Shown: positions 38,171-47,980 of the stretch, one piece after another
How the letters are laid out: each line of letters begins with the position of its first letter
Numbering within the stretch: the first letter of the stretch is position 1
Assembly: GCA_044345375.1 (NCBI GenBank)
Contig: JBIJBF010000002.1
Coordinates: 46,619 to 110,618 of the forward strand
Length of the DNA stretch: 64,000 nucleotides
Source: Alphaproteobacteria bacterium
GTDB lineage: Bacteria > Pseudomonadota > Alphaproteobacteria > CAISOG01
Direction: 5' to 3'
Notes under the pieces: generated by a model
Told to the model about the DNA's origin: nothing
The model's input: only the letters and a program-made list of their open reading frames with translations
Databases searched by the model: none
Made by a program: the position numbers and the translations under genes

Positions 38171-39433
38171 TTAAGCCTCGACTTCATGATACCCAATATC
38201 CGTGCGCCAACGCAGCTGGTTGTTGCCGCCCAAATGCTGCGTCAGATCCTGCATCAATTGGGGGCGGATGCTGGCCACGGTGTCGCCCAGCCGCACCACG
38301 GTTAGCACCCGACCACCGTTGTTGACCACCGCGCCGTCAGGGTTGCGCCTTGTGCCGGCGTGAAACACCAGGGTGTCGGGATCGGCCTCTAGCGCCTCTA
38401 GCCCTCGAATTTCAGTGGATCCTGCGGAGCCTGTGGGGTATTCGCGATCGCTGACCACCACCCCCAGCGCCGCCTGGGGCGACCAGTGCAGCGTGCGGTT
38501 GTTCAGCTGCCCATGCACGCTGGCCAGCATCAGGTCGACCAGATCGTCCTGCAGCCGCGGCATCAACACCTGCGCCTCAGGATCGCCAAAGCGCACGTTG
38601 TATTCGATCAGTTTGGGCCCCTGTTCGGTTAGCATCAGGCCGGCGTAAAAAATGCCCTGAAAGGCAATGCCCTGTTTGCGCAGGCCGGCCATGGTGGGTT
38701 CAATGATGCGGTCCATCACCACCCCCTCCAATACAGGCGTTGCATCGGCGACGGCGGAATAAACGCCCATGCCGCCGGTGTTCAAGCCCTGATCGCCATC
38801 AAAGGCGCGTTTGTAATCACGGGCGCTGGTCATCGGCACCACGTTTTTGCCATCGGCAATTGCAAAAAAACTCAGCTCTGGCCCCTGCATCAACTCCTCA
38901 AGCACCAATTCGGCATGATCTTGCATCAGGCTGTCCACCGCGGCCATGGCGGTGTCAAGGTCATGGGCGATGATCACCCCCTTGCCGGCGGCCAAGCCAT
39001 CGGCCTTTAGCACCAAGGGCACGCCCAAGCGTTGGACCAGTTGTTTGGCATCCTCAACGGTTTTGACCCGATGAAAGGCGGCGGTGGGAATGCCCTGAGC
39101 CGCGCATAAATCCTTGGTGAAGCCCTTGGATCCTTCCAGCTGCGCGGCGGCGGCGGTTGGGCCAAAGGCGGGGATGTTCCAGGCCTGCAGGCGATCCACC
39201 AGGCCCAGCACCAACGGCACCTCAGCCCCTGGCACCACCAGATCGGGCTTGAATTGCTGGCAAAACCGCACCATCCCATCCACATCATCGCCCGCCATCG
39301 GCACCGATTCCGCCATCGCCGCGATGCCAGCGTTGCCGCCCAAACACACCAATTCGTCGCACAGGCTGGATTGGCGGATTTTCCACGCCAACGCATGCTC
39401 ACGCGCCCCCCCGCCGATCAACAAAATTTTCAT
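38171..39433 (-). CDS. purD: Phosphoribosylamine--glycine ligase
   Basis: MKILLIGGGAREHALAWKI...ATP-grasp motifs...VLTVV. The preferred start is at 39433. Confidence 0.9.
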   Translation of the reverse strand: MKILLIGGGAREHALAWKIRQSSLCDELVCLGGNAGIAAMAESVPMAGDDVDGMVRFCQQFKPDLVVPGAEVPLVLGLVDRLQAWNIPAFGPTAAAAQLEGSKGFTKDLCAAQGIPTAAFHRVKTVEDAKQLVQRLGVPLVLKADGLAAGKGVIIAHDLDTAMAAVDSLMQDHAELVLEELMQGPELSFFAIADGKNVVPMTSARDYKRAFDGDQGLNTGGMGVYSAVADATPVLEGVVMDRIIEPTMAGLRKQGIAFQGIFYAGLMLTEQGPKLIEYNVRFGDPEAQVLMPRLQDDLVDLMLASVHGQLNNRTLHWSPQAALGVVVSDREYPTGSAGSTEIRGLEALEADPDTLVFHAGTRRNPDGAVVNNGGRVLTVVRLGDTVASIRPQLMQDLTQHLGGNNQLRWRTDIGYHEVEA

Positions 39434-39503
39434 CGTAGCGCTCCTAACCTTTGATGATCTATGGTGTGCCACCATAACCGATCATCGGCAGCGTGCAAAG
39501 GCG

Positions 39504-39872
39504 TTAGCGGGCGAACGTGAGTTGGTGGGGTTCTTGTTTATTGAGCAGGCGGGTGGCTAGCTCTTTAACATCCCAATATGGACTGGTTTTGGCAAGCTCT
39601 ACCAACGCCAGCCATGCCCTTTCGCGGCCTTCCATTTCGAATGGATCTTCTTCTGGCATGGTTTTTCCTGATGCAATATTGGCCAGTTTTTGTACAGCAT
39701 TTAAGCGTTTTGGTTCGTTTGGATCCCCTGCTACCATCTCCCAGTAGCCAATTGGATTTTTATTGCGCATTTTGTGGTCGGCCAACGATCGGCGCGCAGC
39801 CAGCCACATCGTCCCAGTTGACCAAATTTCACCAAGAAAACCCAAAACTGGTGTAAATGGTTGTTGTGTCAT
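39504..39872 (-). CDS. Hypothetical protein (122 aa)
   Basis: Intact ORF co-directional with, and just upstream of, purD. No recognisable motifs. Coding status is supported only by its length and by conservation-neutral composition. Confidence 0.35.
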   Translation of the reverse strand: MTQQPFTPVLGFLGEIWSTGTMWLAARRSLADHKMRNKNPIGYWEMVAGDPNEPKRLNAVQKLANIASGKTMPEEDPFEMEGRERAWLALVELAKTSPYWDVKELATRLLNKQEPHQLTFAR

Positions 39873-40073
39873 GCTGGTGTCTTCAGGAAGCGTGTCAGGG
39901 TTGGGTGATCAATCGATCGCCACAAGGGATAAAAACCTATCTTTTTTGCAGAAAAAATCAACCAAAAAATAATGGATTCGCCCTATTTCTCAGAACCGCT
40001 GCAATCCCCCCGCCAAAGCCATTTTCTTGCCGCAAATTTCTGTTCTGGTACAATCAGCTTTGGGAGACGCAAC

Positions 40074-40748
40074 ATGCATCATGGGAAAACTGCTGCCAAC
40101 AGGGTGTTACGGTTGATGGCCATGCTGGCGATGATTGCTGGCGTGGGTGGTGGGCTGGCTGGCTGTACCCATGCGCCGCCGCCGCCGGTTTATGGCGATT
40201 TAAGCTTTGATGATCAGCCCAAAATGGTGTTTGCGCTTGCTAAGCTGCAAATCGTCAATGGCTACACGGTGCCAGAAGGCGAATCGGGTCATATCGAAAC
40301 CCAACTGCCGCTGTCGTTGCCGCGCACCATGGCGCGCTGGGCCAGCGATCGGATTCAAACGGTGGGCGAAAACGCGGGTGGTTTTACCGCTGACGCGAAC
40401 GCCGCGTCCCCGAAAAAACTGGTGTTCAAAATTGTTGAGGCCAGCATGCGCGAAACCCCGCTGGCAAAAAAGGAACAGGGGTTGCGCGGTGACTTTACCA
40501 ACGAGCAGGCCTTTCGTTACGACGCAACCCTCAGCGCGGTGTTGGAGGTGCGGGATGGTTTGGGCATGAAGGTGGCGGCGGCTGAGGCCAGCGTCAGCCG
40601 ATCCTCAACCATCGATGAAAAGGCGACGTTGTTGGACAAGGAACGCCTGTGGTACAACATGACCAAGGCGATGATGGCCGATTTGGACAAGGTGTTAACC
40701 AGCAACATCGATCAATATCTGCGCCGCTACCTCAGCAATGAACCCTAA
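40074..40748 (+). CDS. Lipoprotein, hypothetical
   Basis: Signal peptide with lipobox MHHGKTAANRVLRLMAMLAMIAGVGGGLAG-C. The tabulated ORF starts earlier, at 39972. Function unknown. Confidence 0.5.
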   Translation: MHHGKTAANRVLRLMAMLAMIAGVGGGLAGCTHAPPPPVYGDLSFDDQPKMVFALAKLQIVNGYTVPEGESGHIETQLPLSLPRTMARWASDRIQTVGENAGGFTADANAASPKKLVFKIVEASMRETPLAKKEQGLRGDFTNEQAFRYDATLSAVLEVRDGLGMKVAAAEASVSRSSTIDEKATLLDKERLWYNMTKAMMADLDKVLTSNIDQYLRRYLSNEP

Positions 40749-41271
40749 TCCCGATCCAACCCCGCTGGTTGAGCTGCAAAAACAGCTGTGCCAATACGCC
40801 ACCCGGTATTTGGGGCGGTTTAACAGCACCTCTGCCAAATTGACTGGGGTGTTGGGGCGGTATATTGAGCGGCACCAGCAACCGCAGCTGCGCCCCTATA
40901 TCACTGAATTGGTGCAGCGGATGGCCGACAATGGCTTTCTCAACGACGGTGAATTTGCCTTGCATGCCGCGCACAAGGCCTTGGCGGCGGGCAAATCGCG
41001 GCATCAGGCGATGGCGTGGTTGTTGCAAAAACAGCTGCCGGCCGCGCTTAGCAGCCAGGCGGTTGTAACGGTCTATGACCAAGACTTGGACGATGGCGAT
41101 GCCCCGATGGAGCTGCTGGCCGCCCAGCATTTTGCCAGAAAACGTTGCCTGGGTGGCTATCAGGATCTGGATGATCGGGCGGCGCGCTTCCCCAAGGAGT
41201 TCGCCAAAATGGCGCGGGCGGGGTTTGCTTCCACATTGTGTCGGCAGGTTTTGCTGGAATCTGCTGTGTAG
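40738..41271 (+). CDS. recX: RecX-like regulatory protein
   Basis: 177 aa with three-helix repeat features resembling RecX (YATRYLGRFNSTSAKLTGVL..., LRPYITELVQRMADNGFLNDGEFA, LLAAQHFARKRCLGG). It overlaps the preceding lipoprotein gene by 11 bp. Confidence 0.5.
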   Translation: MNPNPDPTPLVELQKQLCQYATRYLGRFNSTSAKLTGVLGRYIERHQQPQLRPYITELVQRMADNGFLNDGEFALHAAHKALAAGKSRHQAMAWLLQKQLPAALSSQAVVTVYDQDLDDGDAPMELLAAQHFARKRCLGGYQDLDDRAARFPKEFAKMARAGFASTLCRQVLLESAV

Positions 41272-41285
41272 GGGGGGCGTAAGGA

Positions 41286-41419
41286 CCACCCCGTCAGGCT
41301 TCGCCTGCCACCCCTCCGTTATCATTTTGTCAGGCAAAGCCTGACGGGGGGGAGGGGAATAAGTGCGTCGGGTAATTCCCTTCCTGCGGAGGGGTGGCAG
41401 GCAAAGCCTGACGGGGTGG
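41286..41419. repeat. REP-like element cluster (three units), locus C
   Basis: ccaccccgtcaggcttcgcctgccacccctcc ... caggcaaagcctgacggggggaggggaat ... aattcccttcctgcggaggggtggcaggcaaagcctgacggggtgg. It lies between recX-like and polA. Confidence 0.8.
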
Positions 41420-41444
41420 TTGCTGCGGAAGGGTTGCTGAACTT

Positions 41445-44177
41445 TTAATGCGCCTCCCCCCAATTGTTCCCAATCTTCGCCTCAACCACCAATGGCAGGT
41501 GCAGCTTCACGGCGGGTTCGGCGGCTGTCGCCATCGCCGCGCAAATCGGTGGCAACAGGCGTTGCAACTCACCTTCCGGCCCCTCAAGCAGCAGCTCATC
41601 ATGCACCTGCAGCAGCAGGCGGGTTTGGGCATTTTGCTGGCGCAGCAGGGCATCCACCCGCGTCATCGCCCGTTTGATCAGATCGGCGGCGGTTCCCTGC
41701 AGCGGCGCGTTGATCGCCGCCCGTTCGGCAAATTGGCGGCGGGCGGGGTTTTTGTCCTGAATTTCTGGCACCAGGCAGCGTCGCCCGAACAGGGTGGTGA
41801 CATAGCCCTGCTGCCGCGCCGCCGTCCGCATCGCCTCCATATAGTCTTGAATGCCGGGGTAGCGGGCAAAATAGCGTTTGATGATGTCGGCGGCCTCCCC
41901 ATTGCCCACCCCCAATTGCGCGGCCAGGCCAAAGGCGCTGATGCCATAGATAATGCCGAAATTGACCGCCTTGGCGCTGCGCCGCAGCGCGGCATCCACC
42001 TGGTCCAGCGGGGTGTGAAACACCTCAGCCGCGGTCAGGGCGTGGATATCCACCCCATCGCTAAAGGCCTGGCGCAGGCTGGGCACGTCGGCCATATGCG
42101 CCAACAGCCGCAGCTCAATCTGGCTGTAATCGGCCGACAACAATTTCCAGCCCGCCTCGGCGATAAAGGCGGTGCGCAGGGCCTTGCCCTCAGCGCTGCG
42201 AATCGGGATGTTTTGCAGGTTCGGATCGATGGAGCTAAACCGCCCGGTGCTGGTTTGCGCCAGCAAAAAGGTGGTGTGCACCCGCGCTGATGCTTGTGCC
42301 GTGGCCAGTTTCAACAACGCCTCAACATAGGTGGATTGCAGCTTGGCGATTTGCCGCCAGGCCAGCACCTTTTCGGCGATCACATGGCCAGCGGCCGCCA
42401 ATGGCTCCAGCACCTCAACCCCCGTTTCGTAACTGCCCGATTTGCCGCGTTTGGATGCCGGCAAGCCCAACTCCTCAAACAACACCTCGCCCAGCTGTTT
42501 GGGCGAGCCGATCAGGAAGCGTTTGCCGTTGGCCAGCCGATACACCTCCTCAGCCAGCTCCGCCAATTTGGCGGCAAAGCGTTGGTTAAGCTGACGCAAA
42601 AAGGGCACATCCAGCCGCACGCCTGCCCGCTCCATCCGCGCCACCACCGCTGGGATCGGGCGATCGACTTGGGCATACACCGCCAGCCCCTGCACCGCCA
42701 ACAGCGCCTGTTGCAGCTGCGGGAACAGGGTCAGCAGGGTGGCGGCTGGGGTTTCGTCTGGTTTTTCTTCTGGCGTTTCTGGGTGGAAACGTGCGGCGAT
42801 GCTGGGCAAATCTTGCTTCCCGCGTGATGCGTTGGCGATATAGCCCATCAGTTGCAGATCCTCAACCCCCTCACCCACGATGGTCAGTTCCGGATAAAGC
42901 CGCCACAGGCTTTTCCAATCCACGCCAATTTTGGTGATGCGGTTGTCCTGCAGCAGCGGGTTGAGCAGATCGGCCACCGCCTGGCGGGGCAGGGCTGGGG
43001 CGGGGGTGCTGTCTGGATCAAGCGTGGATGAGGGGGAAAGCAAATCGCGGATGGGGGCGGCACCCGCTGGATTGCTAAGCGCCACCGATACTTGCTCAGC
43101 CGCTTGCATGGCCAGCAGCAGTTGCATCCCCCCTTCATTCTTTAGATAGGTCACCGCCAGCTGCCCCACCTCCGCCACCCCCGCCAACCAATCCGCCAAT
43201 GTCTGCAGGCTGGTGATGGGGCGATTCACCGCAGGGGTTGGGTTGTTGGTGGGGGAAATGGTTGTTTTTGCGGTGTTTCCTGTTGCAACCGCGCCACTAT
43301 CGCCGCCTAAGCGGTTGACCAGTTGGCGAAAACCTTGCTCGACAAAAAACGCCCGCAGGCTGTCAGGATTGGGGGCAACGGCTTGAATGTTTGCTAGGGC
43401 AATGGGGCAGGGCACATCATCTTTTAAGCGCACCAATTGGCGGGAAATGCGCGCCAGCTCAGCGTTCTCCTGCAACGCTTGCCGCCGTTTGGGCTGCGTA
43501 ATTTGATCCAGATTGGCCAACAGATTGTCGACGCTGCCAAAGCGGTTGATCAATTCCGCCGCGGTTTTGATGCCGATGCCGGGCACGCCTGGCACATTAT
43601 CGCTGCTGTCACCAGCCAGCGCCTGCACCTCAACCACCTTGTCGGGGGTGACCCCAAACTTAACCAGCACCTCAGCCTCAGCCAGCGGCAGGTTTTTGAT
43701 CGGGTCCAGCAGCTGCACATTCGGCCGAACCAGCTGCATCAAATCCTTGTCGCTGGAAACGATGGTGACGCCTTGGCCCCCCCGTTCCGCCGCCGCGGCG
43801 TAGCTGGCTAGCAGGTCATCGGCCTCAACCCCCGCCAGCTCCACCTGCGGCAGGCCAAAGGCGGTGGTGGCATCGCGGATCAGCGCAAATTGCGGAATCA
43901 AATCCGCAGGCGGATCGGGGCGGTTGGCCTTATAGGCGGGGTAAATATCTTGGCGAAAGGTGGTGCGCCCCGCGTCAAACACCACCAGCAGCGGCACGCC
44001 CGGATGGTTTTGCTGCAGCCGCAACAACATGCTGCAATAGCCATAAACCGCCCCCACCGGCACCCCGGCAGGGTTGGTCAAGGGGGGCAGGGCGTGATAA
44101 GCGCGAAACAGGAACCCCGACGCGTCCAACAGCAACAACGACGGGGTTTTCCCAGTTTCTATGGGGTTGTTGGCCAC
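41445..44177 (-). CDS. polA: DNA polymerase I
   Basis: 910 aa. The 5'-3' exonuclease N-terminus is LLLLDASGFLFRAYHALPPL. Polymerase motifs A/B/C are present (DYSQIELRLLAHM, RRSAKAVNFGIIYGIS, LLLQVHDELLLE). Confidence 0.92.
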   Translation of the reverse strand: MANNPIETGKTPSLLLLDASGFLFRAYHALPPLTNPAGVPVGAVYGYCSMLLRLQQNHPGVPLLVVFDAGRTTFRQDIYPAYKANRPDPPADLIPQFALIRDATTAFGLPQVELAGVEADDLLASYAAAAERGGQGVTIVSSDKDLMQLVRPNVQLLDPIKNLPLAEAEVLVKFGVTPDKVVEVQALAGDSSDNVPGVPGIGIKTAAELINRFGSVDNLLANLDQITQPKRRQALQENAELARISRQLVRLKDDVPCPIALANIQAVAPNPDSLRAFFVEQGFRQLVNRLGGDSGAVATGNTAKTTISPTNNPTPAVNRPITSLQTLADWLAGVAEVGQLAVTYLKNEGGMQLLLAMQAAEQVSVALSNPAGAAPIRDLLSPSSTLDPDSTPAPALPRQAVADLLNPLLQDNRITKIGVDWKSLWRLYPELTIVGEGVEDLQLMGYIANASRGKQDLPSIAARFHPETPEEKPDETPAATLLTLFPQLQQALLAVQGLAVYAQVDRPIPAVVARMERAGVRLDVPFLRQLNQRFAAKLAELAEEVYRLANGKRFLIGSPKQLGEVLFEELGLPASKRGKSGSYETGVEVLEPLAAAGHVIAEKVLAWRQIAKLQSTYVEALLKLATAQASARVHTTFLLAQTSTGRFSSIDPNLQNIPIRSAEGKALRTAFIAEAGWKLLSADYSQIELRLLAHMADVPSLRQAFSDGVDIHALTAAEVFHTPLDQVDAALRRSAKAVNFGIIYGISAFGLAAQLGVGNGEAADIIKRYFARYPGIQDYMEAMRTAARQQGYVTTLFGRRCLVPEIQDKNPARRQFAERAAINAPLQGTAADLIKRAMTRVDALLRQQNAQTRLLLQVHDELLLEGPEGELQRLLPPICAAMATAAEPAVKLHLPLVVEAKIGNNWGEAH

Positions 44178-44179
44178 CC

Positions 44180-45136
44180 TTATTTTTTAGGCTGCTCAGC
44201 GGGTTTGGCTGCTGGCTCTGCTTTGCTGCTCTCAGCTGGCTTGGCATCGGTCTTAGCATCGGTAAGGGGCTTGCCGTCCAGATCAAAACGCTCAATTTTC
44301 GCATCCTTGCGCAGATCCGCGACGATTTTATCGGCCAATTCCCGTGAACGTGATTCTTTCAGCTCAGCCTTGCTTTCTTCAAAGCTGGGCGGGGTTGATG
44401 GTTTGCGCTCCTCAACCTTAATCAAATGCCAACCAAATTGGCTTTGCACCGGCGCCTTGCTGACCTCACCCACCTTCAGGCCAAAGGCCGCCTCCTCAAA
44501 CGGTTTGACCATTTGACCCTTGCCGAAAAAGCCTAAATCGCCACCGCTTGAGGCCGATCCATCTTTCGAAGCCTCCTTGGCCAGGGCGGCAAAATCCTCA
44601 CCCTTTTTGAGGCGTGCCAACAGCTTGTCGGCCTCCTCCTTCGTCGGTACCAGAATATGCCGTGCCCGCACCTGATCCTCGGCCTTAAAGCTTTTGATCG
44701 ATTCGTCATAGGCCTTTTTCAGCACCTCATCGGTCAATTGCTTGTCGATTTGGCGGTGCACCCAAATTTGCTCAATCACCCGATCTTGCAGCAGGGCGAT
44801 CTGCTTGCGCACCTCAGGATCCTGCTCAAATTTTTCTGACTTGGCCTTGGCCAACACCAGTTTGCCATCCACCAAGCGATCCACCAGACGGGGGTACAGG
44901 GCTGACAGCGGCTGCTGCTGGGCAAAGGGGGGCAGTTGGGATTGCAACGCCTCCAAATCCGCGCGCGTAATCGCCGTGCCGTTCACCTTGGCGACAACTG
45001 GGTCGCTGGCCAATGCCAAGGGCTGGCCAGAAAACCACAACACCGCCACCACCGCCGTTGTCACCGCAGCGGCAACCAAGGATTGCCGAACATGATGGGG
45101 TTGAACGCGGCGGGCACGGGAAAAAACGGTGGACAT
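44180..45136 (-). CDS. Parvulin-type peptidyl-prolyl cis-trans isomerase (SurA/PrsA-like), periplasmic
   Basis: It has a signal/anchor and a parvulin domain ([63 protein letters not shown]) with a Lys/Ala/Glu-rich C-terminal tail. The preferred start is at 45136. Confidence 0.75.
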   Translation of the reverse strand: MSTVFSRARRVQPHHVRQSLVAAAVTTAVVAVLWFSGQPLALASDPVVAKVNGTAITRADLEALQSQLPPFAQQQPLSALYPRLVDRLVDGKLVLAKAKSEKFEQDPEVRKQIALLQDRVIEQIWVHRQIDKQLTDEVLKKAYDESIKSFKAEDQVRARHILVPTKEEADKLLARLKKGEDFAALAKEASKDGSASSGGDLGFFGKGQMVKPFEEAAFGLKVGEVSKAPVQSQFGWHLIKVEERKPSTPPSFEESKAELKESRSRELADKIVADLRKDAKIERFDLDGKPLTDAKTDAKPAESSKAEPAAKPAEQPKK

Positions 45137-45368
45137 CAAACAAACTCCTTCAAGACAACGGGAACGGAACCAACAGGTGCCTTCATCTATAGAGCAGGAT
45201 GGTGTGCATGGCAACCGCGCTTGCTAAGCCATGCCGGCCTTAAAAAGGCCTTGCGGGTGGGCGCAAGAGTGCTTACAAATAAGCAAGTTTTGGCTTACAG
45301 GGCTTTCGCCGTAGCAATGGCTGTTGTTTTTGCGCGGCATCACATTTTTAATTGGCAAAATCAAAATC

Positions 45369-46328
45369 ATGACCACCGCTGCATCTACCAAACGGCCAGT
45401 TCATCACGATACCCCATCCAACGCGCCTAAAGTGATTGATTTCTTGGGCAAGCGCAAAATCGCGGTGGGCTTTTCCTTATTTCTGACCATCGGCGCGGTG
45501 TTGCTGTTGCTGCTGCGCGGGCTGAACTTTGGCATCGATTTTGCTGGCGGCGTGTTGGTTGAGGCAACCCTGCCCGCCAAGCCGGACTTGGCCAAGATTC
45601 GTGATCAGCTGAATCAGTTGCAGCTGGGCAGCGTGGAATTGCAGGAGTTGGGCGATGCCAATACCCTGCTGATCCGCCTGCGCCTGCCCAAGGATCAGGA
45701 GGCGGCGCAGGGTTATGTGCTGACCCAGGTCAAAACCGTGCTCGGCGATGGCGCGATCTATCGGCGGGTGGAAACCGTGGGGCCCAAGGTGGGCCAGGAG
45801 CTGATCGGCAGCGCGGTTTGGGCGTTGGTGTTGTCGATGATTGGGATTGGCATTTATGTTTGGGCGCGTTTTGAATGGCAATTTGGCGTGACCGCCTTGG
45901 TGGCCACCCTGCACGATATTTTAACCACGGCTGGGATGTTGGCCTTGTTGGGGCGGGAGTTTAACTTGGTTGAGGTGGCGGCGCTGCTGACCCTGGCTGG
46001 CTATTCGATCAACGACACCATCGTGGTGTTCGACCGTGTGCGCGAAAATCTGCGCAAATACAAGACCATGCCGCTGGCGCAGCTGTTGAACATGAGCGTC
46101 ACCGAAACCCTTTCCCGCACCATTATGACCGCCAGCACGGTGATGCTGGCCACGCTGGCCATGCTGTTTTTTGGCAGTGAGGTGACCCATACATTCTGCC
46201 TGGCGATGGCCTGGGGGATTCTGATCGGCACCTATTCCTCCATCTATGTGGCCAGCGCCGTGCTGCTCTACCTGCCGCCGCTGCGCCCGGTGGATGTGCA
46301 GGCGCGGTCTGTTGGTGATTCGCGATAA
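45369..46328 (+). CDS. secF: Protein-export membrane protein SecF
   Basis: FGIDFAGGVLVEA...GPKVGQELIGSAVWALVLSMIGIGIYVWARFEWQFGV...LHDILTTAGMLAL. There is no secD immediately upstream in this window. Confidence 0.8.
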   Translation: MTTAASTKRPVHHDTPSNAPKVIDFLGKRKIAVGFSLFLTIGAVLLLLLRGLNFGIDFAGGVLVEATLPAKPDLAKIRDQLNQLQLGSVELQELGDANTLLIRLRLPKDQEAAQGYVLTQVKTVLGDGAIYRRVETVGPKVGQELIGSAVWALVLSMIGIGIYVWARFEWQFGVTALVATLHDILTTAGMLALLGREFNLVEVAALLTLAGYSINDTIVVFDRVRENLRKYKTMPLAQLLNMSVTETLSRTIMTASTVMLATLAMLFFGSEVTHTFCLAMAWGILIGTYSSIYVASAVLLYLPPLRPVDVQARSVGDSR

Positions 46329-46382
46329 AGATAGCGATTTGCGATAAAGAACCACACCGCCCCCCACTTAAACACCTAAGGG

Positions 46383-46468
46383 CACCCCTCCAAGAGGGAG
46401 GGGAATTGATGCGGCCGTCTTATTCCCCTCCCTCTTGGAGGGGTGGCAGGCGAAGCCTGACGGGGTGG
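46383..46468. repeat. REP-like element pair, locus D
   Basis: cacccctccaagagggaggggaatt...attcccctccctcttggaggggtggcaggcgaagcctgacggggtgg. It lies downstream of secF and rpsD, which are convergent. Confidence 0.8.
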
Positions 46469-46564
46469 TTTTGCCTGCCTGAATCTTCCAAAAAAATGGC
46501 CCATCTCGAATCTGAGATAGGCCATTTTTGATAATGTTTGAAGGTCTTTCCTGGGAAAGAAACC

Positions 46565-47182
46565 CTACTGCGAGTAGAACTCAACCACCAGATTGGGTTC
46601 CATCTGCACCGGATAGGGCACCTCAGCCATTTTGGGGGCATGCAGGAATTTGCAGGTCATCAGCTTGTGGTTGACTTCCAAATATTCAGGCGTGTCACGC
46701 TCAGGCGATTCAACCGCTGCCAACAACACCTCAAGCTGTTTGGAGCTTTCCCGCACGCTGATGACATCATTGGCGGACACGAGATAGGAGGAGATGTTGA
46801 CGCGGCGACCATTGACCTGGATATGGCCATGGTTCACAAACTGACGTGCCGCAAACATGGTTGGCACAAATTTGGCGCGGTAGACCACCGTGTCCAAACG
46901 GCATTCCAACAGGCCAATCAGGTTTTCTGAGGTGTCGCCCTTGCGGCGTTGCGCCTCAGCAAAAAAGCGTCGGAATTGCCGTTCCGACAGATTGGCGTAA
47001 TAGCCCTTAAGTTTTTGTTTGGCCATCAAATGCACACCAAAATCCGACAATTTGCGGCCACGGGTGCCGTGTTGGCCTGGCCGTGTTTGGCGGCGGTTGT
47101 GTGGGCTTTTGGCGCGTCCCCAAAGATTTAAGCCCAGGCGACGATCAATTTTGTATTTAGCAGCAATCCGTTTGGTCATGAC
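46565..47182 (-). CDS. rpsD: 30S ribosomal protein S4
   Basis: [30 protein letters not shown]...[15 protein letters not shown]... is the S4 signature. The preferred start is at 47182. Confidence 0.92.
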   Translation of the reverse strand, partial: VMTKRIAAKYKIDRRLGLNLWGRAKSPHNRRQTRPGQHGTRGRKLSDFGVHLMAKQKLKGYYANLSERQFRRFFAEAQRRKGDTSENLIGLLECRLDTVVYRAKFVPTMFAARQFVNHGHIQVNGRRVNISSYLVSANDVISVRESSKQLEVLLAAVESPERDTPEYLEVNHKLMTCKFLHAPKMAEVPYPVQMEPNLVVEFYSQ

Positions 47183-47284
47183 CGATCCAGCGTTCCTTGT
47201 TTGTATCAACAGAATAAGAAAAAGACTGTTGGAGATTTTTGCCCCAATGTCAAATGTTTTTGCAAATTTTTCGTGGGAGGCGGG

Positions 47285-47551
47285 TTAGGCCAGCACAAAA
47301 CGCCGCCCGCAATAGCCACAATCTTTCCATCCCGCCGCGGTCAGGTTGATAAACACCCGTGGGTGGCCGAGTACGCCGCCGCCATCGCAAAACACCTTGG
47401 CCGTCGTCGCCGTCACCTTTTCCGCAAATAGGGGGTCATCAACCGCAGCAGGGGGGGTGGGGTGCGCCGATGCGGTCGGCTTTTTGTCGGTCTTTTTGGC
47501 TGCAGGAGTTGTGGTGGTAGGGGCTGAAGCCGTTTTTTTAACCGGTGGCAT
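47285..47551 (-). CDS. Zinc-finger (CHCC-type, NDUFS6-like) domain protein
   Basis: The C-terminus VFCDGGGGVLGHPRVFINL...CGYCGRRF is a zf-CHCC motif. The N-terminus is low-complexity and P/T/A/K-rich. Confidence 0.6.
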   Translation of the reverse strand: MPPVKKTASAPTTTTPAAKKTDKKPTASAHPTPPAAVDDPLFAEKVTATTAKVFCDGGGVLGHPRVFINLTAAGWKDCGYCGRRFVLA

Positions 47552-47603
47552 AGCATGACGCCTTTTTGCTCATGGGAGGATAAGGGCAGAAAACTTTAGC
47601 GGC

Positions 47604-47679
47604 TGGTGCCCGCAGCCAGAATCGAACTGACGACCTAACGATTACGAATCGTTTGCTCTACCAACTGAGCTATGCGGGC
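47604..47679 (-). tRNA. tRNA-Thr (CGT)
   Basis: On the minus strand: GCCCGCATAGCTCAGTTGGTAGAGCAAACGATTCGTAATCGTTAGGTCGTCAGTTCGATTCTGGCTGCGGGCACCA. It is 76 nt with the anticodon loop TT-CGT-AA. Confidence 0.85.
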
Positions 47680-47747
47680 TTAACACCACGCAAACTAACG
47701 CTTTTGCGACAGGGTGGCAAGATCAGGAATTGGTTTTGGGGGGAATT

Positions 47748-47896
47748 TATCGTCATTCCACTTTAAAAACTTACAGTGCTGCAAATGTCATGGGGTCTGC
47801 GATACGGTGCTCATGTACGCGTAGGTACACTCCGCTCCGTTTCTCGACCTCATGACATTTTCGCAGTCTGTAACTTTTTAAATTGAAACGACTATA
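47748..47896. mobile_element. 149-bp palindromic MITE-like element, copy 2
   Basis: ~95% identical to 9906..10054. It lies between tRNA-Thr and serA, which are divergent. Confidence 0.75.
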
Positions 47897-47980
47897 CTTT
47901 AAGCGGGCAATGTGCGCAAAATTTCTGCATCAATTTTGCCCAAACATGTTCCATCACCACTTAATCAGGGAATTTTCCTT

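Noticed and set aside
571-42290. Long antisense or overlapping ORFs in the six-frame table (e.g. 571..1338 -, 2162..3598 -, 17589..18608 +, 23841..24851 -, 33312..34364 +, 41448..42290 +)
   Set aside because: Each lies entirely inside a well-supported gene on the other strand (hrcA, the Sel1/Cys-rich gene, putA, thiolase, mutL, polA). Each has Arg/Gly/Ala/Pro-rich low-complexity translations typical of spurious ORFs in high-GC DNA.
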